Assembly (NCBI GenBank): GCA_947459875.1 | Contig: CANHFG010000002.1 | Coordinates: 1,527 to 65,526 of the forward strand | Length of the DNA stretch: 64,000 nucleotides | Reading direction: 5' to 3' | From: Ignavibacteria bacterium | Lineage (GTDB): Bacteria; Bacteroidota; Ignavibacteria; Kapaibacteriales; Kapaibacteriaceae | In this document: piece after piece, positions 17,933 through 26,130 of the stretch | Position numbering within the stretch: the stretch's first letter is position 1 | Layout: each line of letters starts with the position of its first letter | The notes under the pieces: model-generated | The model's input: only the letters and a program-made list of their open reading frames with translations | Told to the model about the DNA's origin: nothing | The model's database searches: none | Program-made: the position numbers and the translations under genes

Positions 17933-20515
17933 TCAACGGACGATGTTCAGCGGCAGCGCGAAAGCTGTCGGACCATTCGTCACATGAACCATAACCATGC
18001 CGGTTGGCAGTTCCGCCGTCGGGAGAGCGATCGAAACCTCGCCGGCAGCAACGACCGTTGCAAAGCGGGCAAGTTCGACGCCTGACACTGAAACGATGCT
18101 GACCATGGCTTCACCGGCGCGAGCATTGAATCGGACCGTGGCATCACCGGTGGTTGGATTAGGCCACAGGTTCAGCGTTGAGCCAACGTCGTTCAGTGGC
18201 ACATCGACACTCGACGTGGTTGGACGCAGACCGATCGATACGACGCGCTCAGGCGTTGTTGCATCAATATCAACCGACTGAACAGTTGGCTCGAAATCAA
18301 AACGATCAGCCGCAATGGTCATCGTACCGACAGCCAGATTCGCAAGATCGAACGCGCCTTCGTTTTCGGCAAGGCTGAAGTCGATGATCGTGCCGTCTTC
18401 GTCACGCGCTACAACGAGCGTCCCTGGAACACCGGCAGACTGCTGAACCTTGTCGTTCTGCTTGTTGACAATTCCGCCGCGCTTGTCGTAGACGAATCCA
18501 CGGACGCGACCCTTACCACGCTCAGACTTAACAGTGTCGAGATTGATGTCAAAAACCAAGGCGACCATAGCATCGTCAACACCGACACGCTGTGCCTTGC
18601 CCCATTCCGTGACGGCCTTCTGACCAGTCACCATCCAGCCCGGAACCAAAGGACGTCCGGCAGGAAGTCCAAGCACAACGTACTCGCCCGGCTCAAGGTC
18701 CGTAAACATGAAGCCACCGTCCGAGTTGGTCTCGACCGTTACTGCGGTGATCTTGTTGAGGACCGTATCGCCCTTGTCGTTTGTGCGCGTTACGAGCCGA
18801 TGTGCCACAACCTTGCCGACAACCGGAGCGCCAGTATAGAAGTTCTTCATGGCTCCCGTGAAGCCGTTGTTACGTGCAACGCGCTTATCCATCGGGAAGT
18901 CAATGTTCTTCGTGCTGGCGGTAACGGTCAGGACCGTAGCCTTTGTCGCGTCGTTCGTGTTTTCCCAAAACTCGGCCAGATACTGCGATGCGTTCGGTGC
19001 GTCCTTTGTTGGAACGGGACGAACCATAGCGATGTAACCAACACCGGACTGCACCTTTGCTTCATACGTGCCATCGGCACGAACCTCGGCAACGACGGAA
19101 CGATACCGATCATCGGCAGCATTGTTCTCCTTGCCGCGACTTTCAAAGACAACAACGCCCTTGACAGCTTCATTTGTAGCGGCGTCATAGACGCGTCCTT
19201 CAACGACCACGAGCACAGGATCTGGGCGCTGTGCAACGGCAAAGTTGATCTCTGTCATTACATCGCAGACCGCTGTGACATCCTTCGCTTCCGAAACCTC
19301 GGTCACGTTCTCATGCCACTCAGCAAAGAAACTGCGTCCTTCAACACGGAGCTTGTACGTGCCTTCTGGCACATAGAGGTAATACTTGCCATCAGAGTTG
19401 ATCTCCGTCTTGTACACCGGCTGGTAAACTTCGGAGTTGTTGCCCTCGCGGGTGACCTTCTGGAGGCGCCATGCCGTAACAATGCCTACGATCTTGCCGC
19501 CCGCGGCTGGATCATCATACGTGATGGTACCATAGATCTTCGAACAACCCTTCTTCGGTGTTTCGCCTTCCTTGATCTCGAGCACATACGATTGCTTGAT
19601 CGTGGTGCTCTGGCCATTGATTTCGGCAGTGGCTGCGATAACGATCTCATAACGTCCAGCAACCGGTGATTCCCACTTGACCAGGCCTGTCTTCTTATCG
19701 ATGGTCATACCGTTCGGACCGGCAACGAGTTCATAGCTGACGACTGCATTGCCATCGACGACACCCGCACGGGCTGGATAGGTATAGGTGCGACCGGCAA
19801 CGCCAACCTTTACAGGTTCAGTGAGGAACTTGAAGAACCCGTCCTTGCCATCGCTGACCGTAAGGACATACGACTGCTTGGCCTCAAACTCTTTACCGTC
19901 CTTCGTTACTGTTGCACGAACCATTACTTCATAGCGCCCGGCCTTCGGCTCGGCCCAGGTGATCTTTCCTGCATCAGAGATGGTCATGCCCGCAGCGTTG
20001 GTCTGCAGCTTGTAGGTCACAGGTCCCGATGCAGATGTCTCTACCTTGGTCTGATACGAATACTCCTTGCCCAATGAGGCAGAGCCCACTGGAACGGACG
20101 TGAAACGAATGACCGGTGTTTCGCCCTGCGTGAGTTCGACCGTTGCGATCGCCGAGCGACCACCTTCACCATTTGCCCAGTATCCGCTGACGTAGAACGT
20201 GTACGTGCCGGCCTTGGCAACCTGCGCAACAAATGAGAAGCGGTTATCGCGGACATTCGGCGTGTGCGGAACCGTGGCGATACGTGCGAACTTCGACATG
20301 TCTTCAGTGACACCGGAGGCCTGATAGACGTAGTACTTCATCGGGGCGTCCGTGCCAGCAACACCCGTCCATGTGACGATCACCGTCGTATTGCTTTGCC
20401 CCTGGACGGCCTTAACATCCGTCGGCACTGGACGTACCTGGGCCTGCAGTGAGAGCATCCCGACGAACAGCACGATCGTGCTGAGCAGATGCCGAATCGT
20501 ATGTGAAACATTCAT
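17933..20515 (-). CDS. Large surface protein: FN3-like plus Ig-like (He_PIG-type) repeats plus several CarboxypepD_reg-like domains plus T9SS CTD
   Basis: ORF 17933..20656. The start is ATG at 20515 behind AGGAGAG, giving signal MNVSHTIRHLLSTIVLFVGMLSLQAQ. Repeated ..Y.Y...A..G.VTYKL...AAGMTI..AGKITW.P.AGRYEV.. units are followed by G.V.D....P..G..V.... prealbumin-like repeats. The C-terminus LNLWPNPTTGDATVRFN..MVMVHVTNGPTAFALPLNIVR is CTD-like. Confidence 0.8.
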   Translation of the reverse strand: MNVSHTIRHLLSTIVLFVGMLSLQAQVRPVPTDVKAVQGQSNTTVIVTWTGVAGTDAPMKYYVYQASGVTEDMSKFARIATVPHTPNVRDNRFSFVAQVAKAGTYTFYVSGYWANGEGGRSAIATVELTQGETPVIRFTSVPVGSASLGKEYSYQTKVETSASGPVTYKLQTNAAGMTISDAGKITWAEPKAGRYEVMVRATVTKDGKEFEAKQSYVLTVSDGKDGFFKFLTEPVKVGVAGRTYTYPARAGVVDGNAVVSYELVAGPNGMTIDKKTGLVKWESPVAGRYEIVIAATAEINGQSTTIKQSYVLEIKEGETPKKGCSKIYGTITYDDPAAGGKIVGIVTAWRLQKVTREGNNSEVYQPVYKTEINSDGKYYLYVPEGTYKLRVEGRSFFAEWHENVTEVSEAKDVTAVCDVMTEINFAVAQRPDPVLVVVEGRVYDAATNEAVKGVVVFESRGKENNAADDRYRSVVAEVRADGTYEAKVQSGVGYIAMVRPVPTKDAPNASQYLAEFWENTNDATKATVLTVTASTKNIDFPMDKRVARNNGFTGAMKNFYTGAPVVGKVVAHRLVTRTNDKGDTVLNKITAVTVETNSDGGFMFTDLEPGEYVVLGLPAGRPLVPGWMVTGQKAVTEWGKAQRVGVDDAMVALVFDINLDTVKSERGKGRVRGFVYDKRGGIVNKQNDKVQQSAGVPGTLVVARDEDGTIIDFSLAENEGAFDLANLAVGTMTIAADRFDFEPTVQSVDIDATTPERVVSIGLRPTTSSVDVPLNDVGSTLNLWPNPTTGDATVRFNARAGEAMVSIVSVSGVELARFATVVAAGEVSIALPTAELPTGMVMVHVTNGPTAFALPLNIVR

Positions 20516-20630
20516 GGCGACTCTCCTAAAAAGTGATAGCGTAGTTGCGTACTCGAACCTCATACAACGTGCAGTGTATGTGGCACGAGGGATGAATCCC
20601 CGTGGGGCAGAAAGGTTACAGCTGCCGGTT

Positions 20631-21218
20631 TCAGAGCGTAAGCGTAAATGTGCCAAGAACTTGCTCTTGTCGGGCAGGGCTAAAGTAGTTGTCTTTGTTC
20701 AAAAAGATGTACAGTGTGACCGTGACCACTCGGGGTTTACCTTCTTGCCGCGGATGCTCAGCGATCACAATGGAAGCCGTATTGGTCTTGTCATCCGATG
20801 GATAGATCTGCAGATTACCCCAGTTCTGCCCAAAATCGGCGCGTATCTGTACCTGGCCCTGAACCAAGGGGATGATCATTCCGTCGCCGGCCGCCGAATC
20901 AAGCCGCAGCCGGAATCCATGCATGAGAGGCGACTTCCCTGTCGTATCTGATGCCTCCATGGTGATGTCAAACCAGAAACGCATCGGATCGGCCGTCGTG
21001 TCGATCTTGATCGTGGGAAGCCCCTTGACGACCATTGAGCCGTAAGCGGTGGAAAACTCGACCTTGTACGACGCAGGCGTGATCTTTGGCGCGGGCGTGA
21101 CCGGGGTCTCTTTGCGATTAGCATCGGTATCAAGTGGCGACGTACACGAGGTAGCACCAAGCCCCATAGCGAGGGCAAGAATGATCAACCCGATGAAGGT
21201 AGTGTTGAATCGTTTCAT
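20631..21218 (-). CDS. Lipoprotein of unknown function
   Basis: ORF 20631..21299. The likely start is ATG at 21218, giving MKRFNTTFIGLIILALAMGLGATSC (signal plus lipobox-like Cys). I recognise no family. Confidence 0.6.
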   Translation of the reverse strand: MKRFNTTFIGLIILALAMGLGATSCTSPLDTDANRKETPVTPAPKITPASYKVEFSTAYGSMVVKGLPTIKIDTTADPMRFWFDITMEASDTTGKSPLMHGFRLRLDSAAGDGMIIPLVQGQVQIRADFGQNWGNLQIYPSDDKTNTASIVIAEHPRQEGKPRVVTVTLYIFLNKDNYFSPARQEQVLGTFTLTL

Positions 21219-21244
21219 AGTTGATGGCATTATCGTCGCGTTCG

Positions 21245-22492
21245 TTACAGTCGAACGGCAACACCGTAAGTGAAGCCGTACTTGGAGGAAGTGAACCATT
21301 GATTCTGATGTGTGAACCCGAGGGCAGAGCCCTCAATGCCGAGCATGAAGGATAGCGGACCAACCGGCGAATACATCACACCGACAGATCCACGTCCAAT
21401 GGGGCCGAACTGCGTTCCGCCAACAAGTGCCTGGGCAAAGGGGCTGAACCCGCTCGTACCGATCTCGGGGAAGACATGTCGGTAACTCAGACCAGCCCAC
21501 GTGACAAGGGGCTGAATCTCAAAGCGAACCTCCTGCTGGTTTCTGACGCCGCTGAAGACCATCGGGAAGGACTCCGAGCCGATCTCCACACCAACGGCAT
21601 CGGTCGGCGTCATGCGATACAGCATGGCAAGCGAGAGGTTGTCGTACCAACCGGTCTGCGGCGTCACGGCAAGTGCACCTGACTGACCACTGAGTCCCCT
21701 CACATTCAAAGTGAACGCCGGAACATGCATCGGTGCACTAATGGGCGTTAGTTGCTCGGCAAGAAGCACACGATCATTTTCGATGCGCCGAATATCAAGT
21801 GTGGACGTGAAGGCACTCGGTACAACCGGCGCCATCTTCTCAGCCGATGAGCGTTCCGCCTGAAGTGATGCATTGCCGACCTGCAGCTCTGCTACCTGGC
21901 GGCGCAGGCTCTCATTCTCGCTCATCAGCATCGCGTCTACCGGCGAAACACGCTCTACGATCCGTTCAACAACGCGCTCGGTAACCCTTTCGGCCACTGG
22001 CTCTTGGCTGTTGTCGTTCCACGGTTTCGGCACGGCCATACTCTGATGCGACGATTCGCTTGAAGGGGGCTGCTCAGACGCCGAAGACTGCTGGGAAATT
22101 TCCGAAACCGATCCGCCCCCTCCGCCCGTACCTTCGGCGTTGTTCATCACGGCAAGAGTGATCCCTGCTGATGCAATTGCCGCCATCAGCGGAATGCCCA
22201 GCTTAGCCAGCCAGGTGGTCATGAAACCACCCGAGTGAGTTAGCGCAGCCGCACCGGCAGCCGCCCCAGCGATAGGCGCAGCAAAGCCAAGTCCAGCAAA
22301 TACTGCGCTTGTCAGCGGCACCGGTGGCACAAGAGTGGCACGGTCATTCTGCACTGCATTGCGGATCATCAGCTGCTGCATGAACTCGGAACGTAACTCC
22401 GAGTCATTTGCCAGCTGTCCAAACAACGTCGCCTCCCCGGTAGAGTCTAGCTCACCGTCCAGCAAATCGTTGATCAGTTGTTCATGTTGCAT
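21245..22492 (-). CDS. Membrane-anchored anti-sigma-factor-like protein with coiled-coil linker and beta-barrel-like C-terminal domain (copy B)
   Basis: N-terminus MQHEQLINDLLDGELDSTGEATLFGQLANDSELRSEF is anti-sigma-like. It is followed by Gly/Ala-rich hydrophobic TM segments, a low-complexity region and an ERVTERVVERIVERV/heptad-like stretch. The C-terminal ~170 aa is rich in alternating-hydrophobic strands and ends ..YGFTYGVAVRL. The ATG is preceded by AAGGAA and by an in-frame TGA 5 codons upstream. Confidence 0.65.
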   Translation of the reverse strand: MQHEQLINDLLDGELDSTGEATLFGQLANDSELRSEFMQQLMIRNAVQNDRATLVPPVPLTSAVFAGLGFAAPIAGAAAGAAALTHSGGFMTTWLAKLGIPLMAAIASAGITLAVMNNAEGTGGGGGSVSEISQQSSASEQPPSSESSHQSMAVPKPWNDNSQEPVAERVTERVVERIVERVSPVDAMLMSENESLRRQVAELQVGNASLQAERSSAEKMAPVVPSAFTSTLDIRRIENDRVLLAEQLTPISAPMHVPAFTLNVRGLSGQSGALAVTPQTGWYDNLSLAMLYRMTPTDAVGVEIGSESFPMVFSGVRNQQEVRFEIQPLVTWAGLSYRHVFPEIGTSGFSPFAQALVGGTQFGPIGRGSVGVMYSPVGPLSFMLGIEGSALGFTHQNQWFTSSKYGFTYGVAVRL

Positions 22493-22542
22493 GTTGTTTT
22501 CCTTTCGTCATCCGTCATCCCCGTCTCGGCTTAATTGTCGTC

Positions 22543-22647
22543 GTACCCAGTACCCAGTCCCCAGTACCCAGTACCCAGTCCCCAGTACCCAGTCCCCCAG
22601 TACCCAGTCCCCAGTACCCAGTACCCAGTACCCAGTACCCAGTCCCC
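22543..22647. repeat. 15 x 7-bp tandem repeat GTMCCCA (minus strand TGGGKAC)
   Basis: Hand parse gives 10 gtaccca, 3 gtcccca, 1 gtccccca and 1 truncated gtcccc. It fills most of the 161-bp spacer between the sigma stop (22654) and the anti-sigma ATG (22492). Confidence 0.97.
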
Positions 22648-22653
22648 TTCTTC

Positions 22654-23208
22654 TCATAGCTCATTCAAATACGGCTGTAGTATCTCCTTGATCCGCTGCC
22701 GTGCACGAAACACCCTCACCTTGGCCGTGTCGAGCTTGATGTTCAATAGCGCGCTGATCTCGTTGTAGGAAAGCCCGTCGTACTCACGAAGCACGAAGAT
22801 CTCCCGCATGTCACTGGGCAGCAGCTCCATTGCCATGTTGATCAGTTGTAGCATTTCACTCCGCTCGGCATCTCTTGATACGCCCGGGTTGTAAACAGCA
22901 TCTTCGAACTGCAAATTCTGCGAACTCACCCGTTTCTTTTCGTTGAGACACAGATTGCGACAGATCGCCAGTGTGTATCCGCGTACGTTCTCCAGATGCT
23001 CCATTCGATCGGCCGTCTGGTACAGGCGCATAAAGGCTTCCTGGAAGACATCATAGGCCGCATCCCGACTTCCGAGAACGCGCATACAGTAGGCAAAAAC
23101 GTTCGGACTGAACCGCGAATACAGCTCCGCAAACGCCCCCTCCCTCTTGTCGGTGCGCAACAAGGCGAAGAGTTCACTGTCGGTATATTCGTTGAATTCC
23201 TGGTTCAC
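22654..23208 (-). CDS. ECF-type sigma-70 family RNA polymerase sigma factor (copy B)
   Basis: 184 aa. Region 2 DAAYDVFQEAFMRLY and region 4 LSYNEISALLNIKLDTAKVRVFRARQRIKEIL are present. Confidence 0.85.
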   Translation of the reverse strand: MNQEFNEYTDSELFALLRTDKREGAFAELYSRFSPNVFAYCMRVLGSRDAAYDVFQEAFMRLYQTADRMEHLENVRGYTLAICRNLCLNEKKRVSSQNLQFEDAVYNPGVSRDAERSEMLQLINMAMELLPSDMREIFVLREYDGLSYNEISALLNIKLDTAKVRVFRARQRIKEILQPYLNEL

Positions 23209-23237
23209 AACTGAAAACTAACCGAAGTTCGACCAAA

Positions 23238-23912
23238 ATGTTACCCGTTCCGGAGAAGATCACCTATCGCCTGGTCCGGAGCCGACGTCGAACTGTCATG
23301 GTCAAAGTCGAACCGTCGGCCACAGTCGTCGTGAGGGCCCCCCTTTCGATGAACGTTCAGGCGATCGATTTTTTCGTTCAGAGGAATCATCCGTGGATCG
23401 TCAAGAAGATCTCCGAAGCACGCGCCCGCCGAAGCATGATCCCCCAGCGCACCTCCCCGAGACAGGTCTACCTGCGTGGCGATCTGCTGTCGTGGGGCTG
23501 GCACGACGCCGACATCATCCTGCCGCGCGAGGTGTCCGAAGCGAATGCGCATAAGTGGCTGGCCCGTTGGCAACGACGTCAGGCAGAATCGCACTTTGGA
23601 GAGGTGATCAACACGTATCTACCCCATCTGGGTGTGTCGGCCCTTCGATACTCAGGCTTTGCCATGCGGAAGATGCGCCGCAATTGGGGGCTGTGCGGCG
23701 CCAGTGGGCTCATTACCCTGAACGAGCACCTTATCCGCACGCCAGACATCTGCATCCGAGGGATCGTCGTTCATGAACTCTGCCACCTGGTGCACTTCAA
23801 TCATGGACCGGCATTCCACGCAATGGTCGCCGATATCCTGCCGGAACACCGTGTTGCCGATGCTCTGATCGATGCCTGGACGATGATTCTTGATGAGAAA
23901 TATGAGTCGTGA
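23238..23912 (+). CDS. YgjP-like / DUF45 (M48-related) metal-dependent hydrolase
   Basis: 224 aa with the C-terminal motif IVVHELCHLVHFNHGPAFHAMV typical of DUF45/SprT-like zinc hydrolases. Confidence 0.75.
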   Translation: MLPVPEKITYRLVRSRRRTVMVKVEPSATVVVRAPLSMNVQAIDFFVQRNHPWIVKKISEARARRSMIPQRTSPRQVYLRGDLLSWGWHDADIILPREVSEANAHKWLARWQRRQAESHFGEVINTYLPHLGVSALRYSGFAMRKMRRNWGLCGASGLITLNEHLIRTPDICIRGIVVHELCHLVHFNHGPAFHAMVADILPEHRVADALIDAWTMILDEKYES

Positions 23913-24170
23913 CGGCCAATATATCTATTAGCACATCGCATTAACGACTACTGCACACCAATTACACTCTTCTCATCCCGCATATCTACATTTTTTCAAG
24001 CTGCCTACTCTTTTGGCTTTTTGTTGAATTGATATCTGGATTGCCATATTCGTTTATTTAACACGGCCTTATCTATTATTACGCTGCATTGTTTCATATC
24101 GACATCTTGTTATTCATTTTTTGAGCGTCGCATCTACATCAGCAATTGCCTTAATACATTATAGAGTAAC

Positions 24171-24225
24171 AAAAACGACATTTGTGACCGCCTTAATTAC
24201 AAGACTAATCGCAAATGTCGTTTTT
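24171..24225. terminator. Perfect 14-bp inverted repeat with A/T tracts (candidate bidirectional terminator)
   Basis: aaaaacgacatttg (24171-84) pairs with caaatgtcgttttt (24212-25) around a 27-nt loop. It lies between the convergent ygjP-like and bacilliredoxin genes. The loop is large for a canonical intrinsic terminator. Confidence 0.45.
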
Positions 24226-24248
24226 TACTTAGCGTATTACTTTTTCGA

Positions 24249-24668
24249 CTACTGCACTACGACTTCGTCAAACGCCGAAGTCAATGAAGCAGCGATCATT
24301 TCCGGAGAGCGACCCTCGATGTGGTGGCGTGGCATAAAGCCGATCAGCTGTCCATCACGAAGAAGAGCTACTGCCGGACTTGAAGGGGGCATGCCGGTGA
24401 AGTATGAACGGGCGCGCTCGGTGGCCTCGAGATCCTGACCAGCAAAAACGCTCACTACGTGGTCGGGCTTCCTCTCATGCTTCAGCGCCAGAGCAACACC
24501 CGGACGTGCGCCACCGGCGGCACAGCCGCAAACGGAGTTCACCACGACCATGGTCGTGCCCGGACGAGCCATTGCTGCATCGACATCGGAGGCGGTGAGA
24601 AGTTCCTGGACGCCGAGCGTGGTGAGTTCCTCACGCATCGGCTGCACAAGCATTGGGTCGTATGGCAT
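24249..24668 (-). CDS. Bacilliredoxin (BrxA/BrxB, YphP/YqiW family)
   Basis: 139 aa. VVVNSVCGCAAGGARP (CGC redox motif), VFAGQDLEAT and PSSPAVALLRDGQL are collinear with B. subtilis YphP as recalled. Confidence 0.85.
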   Translation of the reverse strand: MPYDPMLVQPMREELTTLGVQELLTASDVDAAMARPGTTMVVVNSVCGCAAGGARPGVALALKHERKPDHVVSVFAGQDLEATERARSYFTGMPPSSPAVALLRDGQLIGFMPRHHIEGRSPEMIAASLTSAFDEVVVQ

Positions 24669-26110
24669 TATGACTCTTCCTTTGAATCGTTTAGGGTGTC
24701 GAGCAGGTATTCCATTCCAAGTGGGCCTGCGATAAGCGGAAACTCTGACGTAAACTCATCCCATTTCGTGGAGTCGAGTTCAAAGGCCCGCTTTAGAAAC
24801 GGCACGGCTGTGGCCGGCTGTCCGGCAGCACAAAGCGTTTTCGCAGTGGCAAAGTAGGCCTCAGCCCAATGCGGCAAAAGACGTGTGCACTGGTTAAAAC
24901 CCAGGAGGGCTTCGAGCATGTTGCCGGCTTCGAGCTGCGTAGATGCGTAATCGTACCAGCATTCGGCGTCTTCCGGCTGTAACTCGAGCGCACGCCGGTA
25001 GGCCTCCAGCGAGTCTTCTACACGTCGGAGGTTAAAGAGGACATCAGCCTTGGCATACCATAGATCAGCATACTCTGGCTCGAGAGCCAGAGCCGCTTCG
25101 TAATCGGCCAGCGCTTCGGAATGCAATTCCAGGGCATCGTAGCAGGTGCCGCGACCATAGAACGACTGTGCATGCGATGTATCCATGGCCAGGGCCTTGG
25201 TGAACATCTCTATCGCTGCCCGGAAGTTACCGGCCTCCTCGAGGGACGAGGCCAGATTATGGATCACGGGAATATCCGACGGGTCGGCCCGATGGGCCTG
25301 ACGATAGGCTTCGATGGCTTCCTGCGACCTGCCGAGGTGCGCATAGGCATTGCCCATGTTAAACCACGCATTCACGAAGTCATTGTCGATCACCGTTGCC
25401 ATGTCGTACGAACGGATGGCATCGCGGTAAGCCCCTTTCTTTCCGCAGATGACGCCGCGGTTGAACCACGCGTTCTGATCGTATGAATGCATGTCGATCA
25501 GCTGATCATACACCGAGATTGCCTCCGCGTACTGCTCGAGCGATTCGTGGCAGATGGCCGATTCGAACAGGGCATCACGCTCATAGCCGGTCTGGCGAGC
25601 CAGATAGCCAAAGATCCTTATGGCCTCGTCATAACGGCCGCGCTTCTGCAGGATCAGGGCCTTCGTAAACAGTCCGTCAAGGTTCGACGGGTCGGCCGCA
25701 AGCACTTCTTCCACAACGGCAATGGCCTCTTCAAGCCGGTCGAGCTGCTCAAGAGCAATTCCACGGTTGACCAGGATCTCCGTATCAACCGGATCAAGAG
25801 AAATGGCGCGGTCATACGCCTCGAGTGCCTCAGTCCAGCGATTCTGGCTACCATAGGCCATCCCCAGCTTGTGCCATGCATCGGAAGCGTAGGGGGCTTT
25901 CTCTACCCATAGCAGAGAGAACGTCAGGGCATCATCAAACTTGTTGGTTTCGAGACAGTACTGAACGATCGACTCCAGTGCATCGGGTGTAGGTGAGCCC
26001 TGCTGCCAGTTGCCACTGCGTACGGACTCACGGAACCGCTTCAGGGTCTCGTCGAGATCCCGTCGGTCCTGTTCGTCGTTGTCGTTGTCTTCGTATTCAA
26101 ATTCTAACAT
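24668..26110 (-). CDS. Tetratricopeptide (TPR) repeat protein
   Basis: 480 aa with about 10 consecutive 34-aa units of W..G.......A...Y..AL.L.P type. The stop overlaps the brx start. Confidence 0.8.
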   Translation of the reverse strand: MLEFEYEDNDNDEQDRRDLDETLKRFRESVRSGNWQQGSPTPDALESIVQYCLETNKFDDALTFSLLWVEKAPYASDAWHKLGMAYGSQNRWTEALEAYDRAISLDPVDTEILVNRGIALEQLDRLEEAIAVVEEVLAADPSNLDGLFTKALILQKRGRYDEAIRIFGYLARQTGYERDALFESAICHESLEQYAEAISVYDQLIDMHSYDQNAWFNRGVICGKKGAYRDAIRSYDMATVIDNDFVNAWFNMGNAYAHLGRSQEAIEAYRQAHRADPSDIPVIHNLASSLEEAGNFRAAIEMFTKALAMDTSHAQSFYGRGTCYDALELHSEALADYEAALALEPEYADLWYAKADVLFNLRRVEDSLEAYRRALELQPEDAECWYDYASTQLEAGNMLEALLGFNQCTRLLPHWAEAYFATAKTLCAAGQPATAVPFLKRAFELDSTKWDEFTSEFPLIAGPLGMEYLLDTLNDSKEES

Positions 26111-26130
26111 GTCAGCCCCGTATCAAGAAA

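Noticed and set aside
18800-19669. Long antisense or alternative-frame ORFs inside well-supported genes. Examples: 18800..19669, 10875..11663, 49084..49842, 49799..50791, 38819..39691, 47527..48213.
   Set aside because: These are typical shadow ORFs of GC-rich coding DNA. Each lies wholly inside a gene with strong family motifs on the other frame or strand, and their translations are Arg/Cys/His-rich with no motifs.
22535-22768. Plus-strand ORFs translating the heptamer array as YPVPS(P/T)Q repeats (also 22335..22691).
   Set aside because: These are a reading-frame artefact of a 7-nt repeat, which is open in every frame. They are antisense to the sigma and anti-sigma genes, with no start context.
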